The translations under genes were made by a program, and so were the position numbers. From Desulfonatronovibrionaceae bacterium (GTDB lineage Bacteria; Desulfobacterota; Desulfovibrionia; Desulfovibrionales; Desulfonatronovibrionaceae): a stretch of 64,000 nt of DNA. Below, one piece after another: positions 9,763 through 18,980 of the stretch. The notes beneath the pieces were generated by a model. The model had not been told where the DNA came from. It ran no database searches and was given only the letters and a program-made list of their open reading frames with translations. Numbering within the stretch: the stretch's first letter is position 1; the number at the start of each line of letters is the position of its first letter. Where the stretch lies: assembly GCA_046539845.1 (NCBI GenBank), contig JBKHGE010000008.1:1-64000 (forward strand), in the 5' to 3' direction.

Positions 9763-11133
9763 CTAATTGGTCATGCTTTGCACCGGGGCCGGAACAAGAC
9801 CGCCGCGACGGATGAATTCTGAGCAGTCCCCGTCTTTGATGGCCATGATCCGGGACTCACCCAGAAGGCCCCCAAACCACACTTTGTCCCCGGCCTTTTT
9901 ATCCGGTACCGGGATCAGGCGGCAGGCGGTGGTCTTTTTATTTATGACTCCGATGGCCATTTCATCGGCAATAAGCGCGGAGATGGTCCCGGCCGGAGTG
10001 TCTCCCGGGAGCGGAACCATATCCAGACCGACTGAACAGACAGCGGTCATTGCTTCCAGTTTTTCCAGGCTCAGGTGGCCCTTTTCCGCTGCTTCGGCTA
10101 TGTTTAAGTCTTCGCTGACAGGGATGAACGCGCCGCTGAGCCCGCCTACATAGGAGCTGGCGAAAGCGCCGCCTTTTTTGACTGCATCGTTGAGCATGGC
10201 CAGGATGGCCGTGCTCCCGGGTAGTCCAATCGATTCCAGGCCCAGGGACTGGAATATCTCGCCCACGCTGTCCCCGACATTCGGGGTCGGGGCCAGGGAC
10301 AGGTCCACTATCCCGAATCTTACCCCCAGTCTTTGCGCCACTTCCCGACCGATTAGCTCTCCCACCCGGGTGACCTTGAAGGCGGTCCTTTTTATGGTCT
10401 CGGAGATAGCTCCCAAGTCCGCCTCTGGGTTGGCCTCCAGAGTACGGTCCACAGCCTTTCGGACTACTCCGGGACCGCTTACACCCATGTTGATCACAGC
10501 GTCCGTTTCTCCTGCGCCCAGGTAGGCCCCGGCCATGAACGGGACATCCTGAGGGATATTGGCGAACACGCACAGTTTGGCGCAGGCCAGGCCGTCCTGA
10601 TCCGCGGAGAGGCGGGCCGCTTCCCGGATGGTTTCGCCCATAAGTCCTACTGCGTCCATGTTTATCCCGGCCCGGCTCGAGGCCAGGTTCACAGAACTGC
10701 AAACCCGGGAAGTCCGGGAGAGGGCCCGGGGAAGGGAGCTTATCAGAGCCTCGTCCCCAGAGGCCATTCCCTTTTCCACCAGGGCGGAAAAACCGCCGAT
10801 AAAGTCTATGCCCACTTCTTCCGCCGCCCGATCCATGGTCTCGGCCAGCCGAACCATTTCCGAGGCATCAAACGGCGCGGCCACTAGGGCTATAGGGCTG
10901 ACCGCGATTCTTTTGTTCACCACCGGGATACCGTATTTGTTCCCGGTTTCATCGCAGATGCGAACCAGAGGCCGGGCCAGGCGGACAATCTTGTTGTAGA
11001 TATTGTCCCGGAGGCGGCCCGGGTCGTCAGATACGCAATCGAACAGGGATATCCCCAGGGTCACGGTGCGTACGTCCAAATGCTCGTTTTTGACCATTTC
11101 GTATGTAGAAAGGATTTCGCGCTCGGAAAGCAT
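9763..11133 (-). CDS. PFL-like family protein (DUF711/UPF0210)
   Basis: LDVRTVTLGISL, NKRIAVSPI, VGGLSGAFIPVSED, VCSVGLDM; downstream of an ACT protein. Confidence 0.9.
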   Translation of the reverse strand: MLSEREILSTYEMVKNEHLDVRTVTLGISLFDCVSDDPGRLRDNIYNKIVRLARPLVRICDETGNKYGIPVVNKRIAVSPIALVAAPFDASEMVRLAETMDRAAEEVGIDFIGGFSALVEKGMASGDEALISSLPRALSRTSRVCSSVNLASSRAGINMDAVGLMGETIREAARLSADQDGLACAKLCVFANIPQDVPFMAGAYLGAGETDAVINMGVSGPGVVRKAVDRTLEANPEADLGAISETIKRTAFKVTRVGELIGREVAQRLGVRFGIVDLSLAPTPNVGDSVGEIFQSLGLESIGLPGSTAILAMLNDAVKKGGAFASSYVGGLSGAFIPVSEDLNIAEAAEKGHLSLEKLEAMTAVCSVGLDMVPLPGDTPAGTISALIADEMAIGVINKKTTACRLIPVPDKKAGDKVWFGGLLGESRIMAIKDGDCSEFIRRGGLVPAPVQSMTN

Positions 11134-11142
11134 TTTTTCTCT

Positions 11143-11694
11143 CTATATGCGGTGGATGTTTTCGAAGATATCCCTGTGCTGAACTGAAAAGCTAAGCTGC
11201 ATATTTTCCGCGGCCTGGGCCACCGCCTTTTTCAATTCGTTTATATCTGTATGCAAAGGCACATCTATCTCAAATATCATGACTATTTTGTCCGGGTAGA
11301 GCTCGCTACGGTTTATAGCGTTTATTTTGGTGATATTGCAGTCAAAGTGCCGGATGGCCTCGGAAAGCAAAGCTATCTGTCCCACCCGGTCCTTCCCCTG
11401 GGTGGTGACCACAAAGGGCTGGAACGGTTTTTCGGCCAGGGACCGGGTCTGGATGGACTTAATATTCATATTCAGACCGAGCGGGTCCAAAGCCGCATCC
11501 AGGTCCTTTTCCAGGCTGGCGGGCGTGGATCCGTCCGGGGCGGTGAAGATTATGATCGCCGCGAATTCAGACTGCAGAATGGTCTGGGTCAGGTCCTCGA
11601 TATTGCATCCATTTTCGGCCAGAATTCTGGTCGCCAGGGCGACAATGCCCGGGCGGTCCTGGCCCAGGACGGAAAGGACAAACTTGTTTGGCAC
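11143..11694 (-). CDS. Tandem ACT-domain protein (GcvR-like)
   Basis: GQDRPGIVA and GKDRVGQIA ACT motifs; ends QHRDIFENIHRI. Confidence 0.85.
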   Translation of the reverse strand: MPNKFVLSVLGQDRPGIVALATRILAENGCNIEDLTQTILQSEFAAIIIFTAPDGSTPASLEKDLDAALDPLGLNMNIKSIQTRSLAEKPFQPFVVTTQGKDRVGQIALLSEAIRHFDCNITKINAINRSELYPDKIVMIFEIDVPLHTDINELKKAVAQAAENMQLSFSVQHRDIFENIHRI

Positions 11695-11750
11695 TGTTTT
11701 CTCCGCGGTTTTAATCTATTACCGCTATTGGAAGATTTAAGGGCGGTCTA

Positions 11751-12221
11751 CTAAGTCTCCCAGGAAGAAAGAATGGTCTTGATTTCGGATTCGGCCTTTA
11801 GGACAAAGGCATCGAATTTGTTCTGCAGGGTGCCGGTCATTTCCATGCCCCAGTCGATTTTTTCCGGTTCAATGCCGATCACAGTGAGTGTGGGCCGGTT
11901 TCCGAGCAGGTCGGCCATGCGCAGCGAGTCTAGAAGATCCACATCGTGCAGGGACAGGGCCTGTTTTTCGTTTTCCACCAAGTCCTTTTCCTCCATCCGG
12001 AATAAGGTCCCGGGAGCTCGTCCGGCCCTGACCACATCCAAAACCAGGACATGGTCGTACTTCTCAAACAGGTAGAACAGGTCCTGGGTAAAGGTCCCCC
12101 CGTCCAGGAACTCGACACTCGCCGGCCAGTCTTTGTCCCACAGTTCGCGTACCGCATGCACACCTATCCCTTCGTCCATCAAAAGGATATTACCCACTCC
12201 CAGAACAAGCAGTTTTTTCAT
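11751..12221 (-). CDS. Hydrogenase maturation protease (HyaD/HybD family)
   Basis: LGVGNILLMDEGIG, LDGGT, SLHD; directly downstream of the large subunit. Confidence 0.95.
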   Translation of the reverse strand: MKKLLVLGVGNILLMDEGIGVHAVRELWDKDWPASVEFLDGGTFTQDLFYLFEKYDHVLVLDVVRAGRAPGTLFRMEEKDLVENEKQALSLHDVDLLDSLRMADLLGNRPTLTVIGIEPEKIDWGMEMTGTLQNKFDAFVLKAESEIKTILSSWET

Positions 12222-12247
12222 GTCTGTTTTGCCCCCGGCTTGCATTT

Positions 12248-12282
12248 AAAAAAACAAAGGGCCGGAATTACCGGCCCTTTGT
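12248..12282 (-). terminator. Intrinsic terminator between large subunit and protease genes
   Basis: Minus strand ACAAAGGGCCGG-TAATT-CCGGCCCTTTGT followed by a T-run. Confidence 0.75.
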
Positions 12283-12323
12283 CGGGTAGTCAATACCCGG
12301 GTTTATAGATCTTGTCTGTTAAA

Positions 12324-13847
12324 CTATTCACAGATGTTGTCGATCTCGAATTCCTCACCGGTGTCTGCGTGCAGCACGTGCACGGCACAGCCCAGTCACG
12401 GGTCAAAGGAGCGGATCACCCGCCCCACGTTAACCGGTGATTTGGGATCCGGTACCGGAGTCCCGACGAGTGCCTGCTCTATGGGACCGAGCTGCCCCAT
12501 GTCATCGCGCGGGCAGGCGTTCCAGATAGTGGCGGCCACGATCTGGTACTTGTTGATCACGTAGTCCTTGACATCGATATAATGCAGCAGCGAGCCGCGC
12601 GGGGCCTCGGTAAGACCCAGTCCTTCGCCCTTTTCCGGGACCTCGGTCTGGGCATAGGTTTCAGCGCCCGGCTTTACCTCCTCCAGCCACTTGGAAACCG
12701 CTTTGGCTACTAGGAAGGCCTCCTCGGCCCGGGCCACGTGACGCCCGAGAATGGAGAATGCCTTGTCTCCAAGATCGCGCATGCGTTTGAAGCCAGCTTT
12801 CTGTGCGGCCGGGCTGAGTTCGGGGTTGGTGACCCACATCCGGGCCAGAGGACCGGCCTCATGCGGCTTGCCGTTGTAGCGCGGGGCCTTAATAAAGCTG
12901 TAGGCACCGTCTTTTTCCGGCTGGGGATGGGTCTCTCCCTCGCTGGGATGCTTGTTGCTGTCCGAATCCTTGAACCAGGAGTATTTAACAAATTCCCGGA
13001 TTTTGTCCGTATCCAGGGGGTAGTCCTTGCCTTCGGTGAAGACCCCTGGCTTGAGCAGGAACTCGTTCTCTGCATCGTCCAGAGGGAACACCCCGTAGGA
13101 CACACAGTTCTTGTATCCGCCCCCGGTCTCCAGGAGATCGCCGTACGCTCCAGCCAGGGTATAGATAAGCGGCAGGTATTCGTCCTCAATAAAGGACATG
13201 ACCTTTTTGAAGCGCCACAGGTAAGCCACGATCTGATCCGCGGACGGGATCTGCGTGGTTCCGCCCACAACCATACCGGCCACGTGCGGCATCTTCCCGC
13301 CGAGAAGGGCGACCATCTCGTGGCAGATGCGCCGGATTTCCAGGGCCTTTAAGTACTGATCTACCCCGATCTGATTGGTCTTTTTGTCCAGGCGGACGTC
13401 GTTGTTCTCATATCTGGGGATAAATGGGGCCATTTCCGGGCCGTTGACATAATCCAGGGCGGCCAGATGATAGAAGTGCAGGATATGCGACTGCAGGTAG
13501 TTGGCCCCCAGGATCAGGTTGCGGGCTATACGGCCGTTGGTGGTCAGCTTGACATCAAAGGCATCATCCAGGGCCCGGACCGATGCGGTAGCGTGCGCTG
13601 TCGGGCATACCCCGCATATACGCTGGGTTATCTGGGAGGCGTCCCGCGGGTCGCGATCCTTGAGGATTTGCTCAAATCCGCGGTACATCCCGCCGTGGAT
13701 GTGGGCGTCAGTGATCACCCCATCCTTGACTTCCACATCTACTTTTAGGTGCCCCTCGATCCTGGTTACCGGATCAACAGCCACCTTTATTTTTTTTCCG
13801 GCTGCGGCAGCCGCCGCCGGAGCCTGTTTAGCTCTGCATCCACTCAT
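12324..13847 (-). CDS. hysA: [NiFeSe] hydrogenase large subunit; selenocysteine at UGA 12398-12396
   Basis: L1 motif RICGVC; reading through TGA gives L2 motif SFDP-U-LGCAVH then VLHADTGEEFEIDNICE, stop TAG at 12326-12324. Confidence 0.97.
12361..12389 (-). promoter_or_regulatory. Bacterial SECIS element of hysA
   Basis: GUGCA-CGUGC-UGCAC stem-loop with extended lower stem; loop starts 17 nt after the UGA and has G at its second position. Confidence 0.8.
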
Positions 13848-13873
13848 AGATTTAATCCTCCTCTAGAGTTCAA

Positions 13874-14791
13874 TTAAACAGCCATGTAGAAAGGCGACAT
13901 ATTGTCCGGAAAACCCGGTTCCACACAGCCGATGCAGACCGCATTCTCCACGCACCAGTTGACACCGCCGTTCCAGCGGCGCTTCCAGCAATCGGAATTG
14001 GTGTACGGGCCTTTGCAGCCCAGCTCGTAGCGGCAGCCTTCTTTTTCAGTGAAGGTGGGACTCATCTCACCCTCTTCGTAGAAGCTGCGATACGGACAGT
14101 TGTCGTGGATGTTGCGGCCGAAAAACATGACCGGACGGCCGTCTTTGTCCAGCTCCGGAACTCCGTACATCAGCACGTGGGCCAGTGTCCCGACCATCCA
14201 GTCCGGATGAGGCGGACATCCAGGCACGTTTATTACCGGAGTCTTGATGCCGTCGGCGTCGAATACTTTGTTCACCGAGGAGGCCTGAGTTACGTTGCCC
14301 GCGGCGCCGGGGATGCCGGCATCAAAGGTGGCGCAGGCCCCAACCGCTACAGTAGCGGCCGCCTTTTTGCCCAGTTCCCTGGTCAGTTCATGCATGGTGA
14401 TTTCCTCGTGGCCGATCTCTCCTACCCGGCAGTACAACCCTTTGTCCGCAGTAGGGATGGCCCCTTCCACGATAAGGTAGAATTTGCCCTTGTACTCGTC
14501 AGCGATGGAGTACATATTCTCCAAGGCCATTTCGCCTTCAGCGGTCATGACCGTGGGATGGTATTCCAGGCTGATGATCTTGATAAGGACTTCCTTGATG
14601 CTGGGATGCACTGAATTGAGTAGGGACACGGAGCAACCCGTACAACCCTGCCCCTGGATCCAGATGACCGGGGCTTTCTGGGCAGCGTCTCCCATGGCCT
14701 TGACAAGGCCGGGATTGAATACCTGGGAAATGCCCAGTCCGGCCACGGTGCCACCGCAGAGTTTGACGAATTCACGTCTAGTTAAACTCAT
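13874..14791 (-). CDS. hysB: [NiFeSe] hydrogenase small subunit with Tat signal
   Basis: TRREFVK twin-arginine motif, CTGC, GCPPHP, HDNC, CKGP, CIGC Fe-S ligands. Confidence 0.96.
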   Translation of the reverse strand: MSLTRREFVKLCGGTVAGLGISQVFNPGLVKAMGDAAQKAPVIWIQGQGCTGCSVSLLNSVHPSIKEVLIKIISLEYHPTVMTAEGEMALENMYSIADEYKGKFYLIVEGAIPTADKGLYCRVGEIGHEEITMHELTRELGKKAAATVAVGACATFDAGIPGAAGNVTQASSVNKVFDADGIKTPVINVPGCPPHPDWMVGTLAHVLMYGVPELDKDGRPVMFFGRNIHDNCPYRSFYEEGEMSPTFTEKEGCRYELGCKGPYTNSDCWKRRWNGGVNWCVENAVCIGCVEPGFPDNMSPFYMAV

Positions 14792-15179
14792 ACCCTCCTC
14801 CTGACAATGTTTGAGAGAAAAGGAGAGAATCTCCTTTTCAAAGTTTAACCAATAATTCTAGGATACATTAATCAAAATTTTTGATAGTTGGCAACCCAAA
14901 AAAATAAATTGCATACTTGTTTTTAAGAGTTATTCTCTTATGTATACCGTTGTAATTTTAGTGTCATTATGCCCGGGAAAATGATCATTCTCCCAGTCCG
15001 AATAATACCGGGTCGCATTTTTCCGGTTGCGGGTCCGGCTCTTTAAAGAGAGAGAAAAGGGATTCGTTCATGACTGGTTTCGCTCTTTTTAGTATTGAAG
15101 CCGCTTGGAAAATGGAATACCACAGGCCTTTATCCACAAAAACATTCCGGATCCGATTACAGAATATAAAGGAGATAGC

Positions 15180-16505
15180 ATGAAAGCCAAGTTGACCACA
15201 AATATTTTAATAGTTCTCACCGGGGTGCTGCTCTTAGGCGGCATCCTTATCTATATCCTGAACGCCGAGGGCGACAATCCAAGGCTTACCCTTTCCCCGG
15301 ACACTGTCTATACCAACGGCCGGGAGGATTTTGAGCTTGCGGCCGCTGATCCGGGCATGGGCATAAAATCTGTGAACATAAAAGTCATCCAGGGCGATAC
15401 AGAGACAGAGGTTTTGTCCGAAGAGATGGACAAGGACGTGCACCGTGCGGATTTTGAATTCGAACTTCCCCTGAAGGAAATGCAGCAGGGTAATTTCACG
15501 GTTGTGGCCGTGTGCACGGACAATTCCTGGAGCAATTGGAAAAAGGGCAACAGCCGAGTCCTGGAAAAAGAGATGGTTTTGGACACCAAGCCGCCCATGG
15601 TCTCCATGGTCAGCACCAAGCACAATCTGAACCAGGGCGGCAGCGGGCTGGCGGTATTCGATGTCTCCGAAGATGCAAAAAGGTGCGGAGTCAAGATCGG
15701 GGAGAGATTTTTCCCCGCCTATTCTGGTGACAATGGGCATTATTACTGCCTTTTCTCCTTTCCCTATGACGCAGACCCGGACCAAGATGTCCCTCGGGTG
15801 GTGGCAGAGGACCGGGCCGGAAATGAGTACAGCGCCGGGTTTTACTATTATGTGAATGCTAAAACCTTTAAGCCCGACCGGATCAATATCCCGGACAGTT
15901 TTCTGCGGGCCAAGATGCCCCAGTTCCAGGGCGATTTCCCTGAAGAGAAGGACCTGCTGGAGCTTTTTTTGAAGGTCAATCGGGAATTGAGGCGGGAAAA
16001 TCGGGAAAGATTGCACAGCATAGGCCTGGAAACCGCCAGCAGTCTGGCCATTGACGGGCCGTTTATCCGCCAGCGCGGGTCAACGCGGGCTGATTTTGCG
16101 GACAAGAGAACCTATTTTTATCAGCAGGAGGAAATAGACAAACAGACACACCTGGGAGTGGATCTGGCTTCAGTGGCCCAGGCCCAGGTCCCGGCCGCCA
16201 ACTCCGGAGAAGTGGTATTTGCCGGATTTATGGGCATATACGGAAATGCGGTGATAATTGATCACGGCCTCGGCCTGCAGAGCCTGTACGCCCATTTGAG
16301 CGCGATCGGCGTGGAAAGGGGGCAGGAGGTGAAAAAAGGCCGGATAATCGGTAGAAGCGGCGCCACCGGGCTGGCCGGAGGGGATCACCTTCATTTTGGG
16401 GTGCTCGTGTCCGGGACTCCGGTAAATCCGGTGGAATGGTGGGATCGGACGTGGATAGAAAACAATATTTTGAACAAATTAGACAGGTTTTCCTCTGACA
16501 GTTGA
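15180..16505 (+). CDS. M23 family metallopeptidase (membrane-anchored)
   Basis: HLGVD, YGNAVIIDHG, SLYAHLS, HLHF motifs; N-terminal TM; AGGAG RBS before ATG 15180. Confidence 0.92.
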   Translation: MKAKLTTNILIVLTGVLLLGGILIYILNAEGDNPRLTLSPDTVYTNGREDFELAAADPGMGIKSVNIKVIQGDTETEVLSEEMDKDVHRADFEFELPLKEMQQGNFTVVAVCTDNSWSNWKKGNSRVLEKEMVLDTKPPMVSMVSTKHNLNQGGSGLAVFDVSEDAKRCGVKIGERFFPAYSGDNGHYYCLFSFPYDADPDQDVPRVVAEDRAGNEYSAGFYYYVNAKTFKPDRINIPDSFLRAKMPQFQGDFPEEKDLLELFLKVNRELRRENRERLHSIGLETASSLAIDGPFIRQRGSTRADFADKRTYFYQQEEIDKQTHLGVDLASVAQAQVPAANSGEVVFAGFMGIYGNAVIIDHGLGLQSLYAHLSAIGVERGQEVKKGRIIGRSGATGLAGGDHLHFGVLVSGTPVNPVEWWDRTWIENNILNKLDRFSSDS

Positions 16506-16709
16506 GGAATTGACTTACGCCGACGGCTTTTCAGGCGACAGCGGCAGGGCATAAACTTGGTCCAAGCAGGGGAGCGCGAGTGGGCTGGAGTACGCTGGTA
16601 ACCCTGGATTGCCGCGGATCTTATTTTTTTTATCTTTTCCCCTTTTATTTTTGTTGAAAATCAGGTAGTTTTGAATAGAGACTTACAGAGGGCTTTAGAC
16701 CGCTCTGAG

Positions 16710-16744
16710 GACAAGGTTTGTCGGTAAAAGGACAAAATTTGTCC
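16710..16744. promoter_or_regulatory. Paired palindromic sites, putative activator (enhancer) binding sites for pilA
   Basis: GACAAGGTTTGTC (16710-16722) and GACAAAATTTGTC (16731-16743), 21 bp apart. Confidence 0.65.
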
Positions 16745-16795
16745 GGCCATGCGAGGTATTTTGGCTTAACCCCCTGGTATTAAATGAAGCAAATA

Positions 16796-16812
16796 TTGGC
16801 ATTATTATTGAA
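16796..16812 (+). promoter_or_regulatory. Putative sigma54 -24/-12 promoter of pilA (GA variant at -12)
   Basis: TTGGCATTATTATTGAA = GG-N10-GA. Confidence 0.6.
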
Positions 16813-16869
16813 CCTGCATTTGACAAGTTAGGCAGGAAAACTTTAAACCATAAATTTGAGGAGGTTTTT

Positions 16870-17253
16870 ATGCGCAAAATGATGCAGAGTAAGGGTTTTA
16901 CCCTTATCGAACTGATGATCGTCGTGGCTATTATCGGGATTTTGGCGGCCATCGCCATCCCCAATTACATGAATTATCAATGCAAAGCCAAGCAGAGCGA
17001 GGCCAAGACCAATCTGGGGTCCATCCGGACTTCCCAGGAGGCATTCCGGGCTGAGCATGACAGTTTTACTACTGACCTGGGTGATATAGGTTTTACCGTT
17101 GAAGGGGATAAAGTTTATTCCTACGAGGTTGAGAGCGCGAACTCCACGAATTTCACTGCAGTGGCCAGGACGGGTGATCTGAACGGCGAGACTGACAGAT
17201 GGGAGATGTATGCCAACGGAACCCAGGAAAATTTAACTAATGCCTGTGAGTAA
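16870..17253 (+). CDS. pilA: Type IVa major pilin
   Basis: Prepilin site [32 protein letters not shown]; strong downstream terminator; 118-aa mature protein. Confidence 0.95.
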   Translation: MRKMMQSKGFTLIELMIVVAIIGILAAIAIPNYMNYQCKAKQSEAKTNLGSIRTSQEAFRAEHDSFTTDLGDIGFTVEGDKVYSYEVESANSTNFTAVARTGDLNGETDRWEMYANGTQENLTNACE

Positions 17254-17287
17254 TCTGTTGAGCTGATAAAGACTCAATAGGTGTATA

Positions 17288-17327
17288 AGGGCCCCCTTAA
17301 ATGAGATATTAAGGGGGCCCTGTTTTT
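17288..17327 (+). terminator. Intrinsic terminator after pilA
   Basis: AGGGCCCCCTTAA-ATGAGATA-TTAAGGGGGCCCT then GTTTTT. Confidence 0.85.
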
Positions 17328-17338
17328 GTAGGAGAGCT

Positions 17339-18067
17339 ATGGCCGGGAAGCGTTTTTCCCTGATTTTTGTCCTTTTGGCTGCAGTGTGCGCAGCTGTTTT
17401 GCTCCAGGCCGGTTACGTGGATAAATATCGGCGCGTGGATAACGGTGGCGGTTGACCGGCTCCCTGCGAAAAGTTCCCCGGGGCCGGGGAGCTGTCCTAT
17501 ATCCCGGGGAGCGCGGAGGTGCTGCGGATATTTGTGCCCGCGGACAACGAGTTTATGGCCGACCTATTGTGGATGCAGTCCTGTTATTATTTTGGGGAGC
17601 ATTTTTTAACCGACCGCAAGTATGACCTCTTGGATGAATATCTGGAATTGATCATTGAGCTGGCCCCGAAGTGGAAGCGGCCCTATAGTTTTGCGGCCAT
17701 AATCTTTCCTCTGGAGGCCGGAGACGTTGACAAGGGGTTGGAGTTCCTGGATAAGGCCATAGAGCGCCACCCGGATGTCTGGCGCTTCCCGTTCTACAAG
17801 GGTGTCTATCTCATGCAGTATAAAGGGGATATGGAGCAGGCGGGCACTATTTTGCACAAGGCCGCTTCCCTGCCCGGCGCCCCCGAATATCTCTCCCGGC
17901 TGAGCGCCACCCTGGCCACAAAAGCGGGCCGGAGGCGTCTGGCCCGGCGTTTTCTGCGGGACGCCCTGGAGCGGGCCGGAGATCCAAAGCAGCGCAAAGC
18001 CATACAGATTAAACTCAAGGAACTTATGCAGGATGATGAACACGGCACTGCAGTGGAAGGACGTTAG
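17339..18067 (+). CDS. PilG/XapA-like TPR-containing pilus accessory protein with in-frame UGA at 17453-17455 (candidate selenoprotein)
   Basis: AGGAG RBS, ATG 17339, signal/anchor MAGKRFSLIFVLLAAVCAAVLLQAG, then GGG-[UGA]-PAPC, in frame with the 17519-18067 ORF (ADLLW, TPR-like KAIERHPDVWRFPFYKG); lies between pilA and the ABC genes. Confidence 0.75.
17472..17493 (+). promoter_or_regulatory. Candidate SECIS hairpin
   Basis: AGUUCCCCG-GGGC-CGGGGAGCU 9-bp stem; G-leading loop begins 25 nt after the UGA. Confidence 0.5.
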
Positions 18068-18959
18068 TTATTCCGTTCGCACCGGGTTCTGGCTGCGCAA
18101 AAAACGGATATTAAACAGGGTTTCCCTCACCCTGCCCCAAGGTGCGGCAGTGGGGCTGGTCGGGCCTAACGGGGCGGGCAAGACCACCACCATCAAGATC
18201 GGGGCTGGGCTGGTCGGGCCGGATTGCGGGCAGGTATTGGCAGCGGGCGGGAGGATCGCGGATATCTCCGTGCGCCGGAAAACAGGCCTTTTGACTGAGC
18301 TGCAGTATTTCTATCCCCATGTAACGGTTAAGGAATGGCTGCGTTTCCTAGTTTCCCTAACTGGCTTAAGTCCCGCGAATATAACGGACAAATTCTCTTT
18401 TTTTATCCGGGAGCTGCAACTCGAGCAGCTTTTGAACCGGCAGATGAAGACCCTGTCCAAAGGCCAGGCCCAGCGGGTGGGGCTGGTCCAGGCCATGGTC
18501 CACGGCCCAGACATCCTCCTTTTGGATGAGCCCATGAGCGGTCTGGATCCGTACTGGAGGTCCAAGATATTGCAGCTTTTGCGGGACTTCCGGGACCAGG
18601 GGGGGAGCATACTTTTCAGCTCGCATATAATCGCGGATGTGGAGGATTTGTGCGAGCGGATCGTACTTATGCAGGAGGGCAGGGTGCAGTGGGAGGGAGA
18701 TATACGAGATGTCCGCAGGCAGATAAGAGGGTACCGGGTTATCTGTACCTCGGCCTCGGCTGAAGACCTGGGAGATTGGCAAGAAAAAGCTGCAATTGAG
18801 ACCCTGCCGGACAAAGGGGTTTTGATTTATCTGGATCCGGAGAAAAAGGACGAGTTTTTGAATTTTGCCCTGTCCGAAGGGATTACTGTAGATGCGGTCA
18901 TCCCCCAGCTCTTGAAGCTTGAAGAAGTCCTTTTCGGGTTGAGGAAAAATGCGGATTAA
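18033..18959 (+). CDS. ABC transporter ATPase (PilH-like)
   Basis: GPNGAGKT, LSKGQ, LLLDEPMSGLD, SSH; pilA-linked. Confidence 0.92.
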   Translation: MMNTALQWKDVSYSVRTGFWLRKKRILNRVSLTLPQGAAVGLVGPNGAGKTTTIKIGAGLVGPDCGQVLAAGGRIADISVRRKTGLLTELQYFYPHVTVKEWLRFLVSLTGLSPANITDKFSFFIRELQLEQLLNRQMKTLSKGQAQRVGLVQAMVHGPDILLLDEPMSGLDPYWRSKILQLLRDFRDQGGSILFSSHIIADVEDLCERIVLMQEGRVQWEGDIRDVRRQIRGYRVICTSASAEDLGDWQEKAAIETLPDKGVLIYLDPEKKDEFLNFALSEGITVDAVIPQLLKLEEVLFGLRKNAD

Positions 18960-18980
18960 GTGCAAGCAAAAGGGCATAAC

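Noticed and set aside
14961..14987. NikR-like GTGTCA-N15-TGATCA site
   Set aside because: The right half-site is a poor mirror of the left; too weak to call.
17519..18067. ORF-track start at GTG 17519
   Set aside because: It would drop the in-frame signal/anchor region that has its own RBS and ATG at 17339; kept only as a fallback if the UGA is a true stop.
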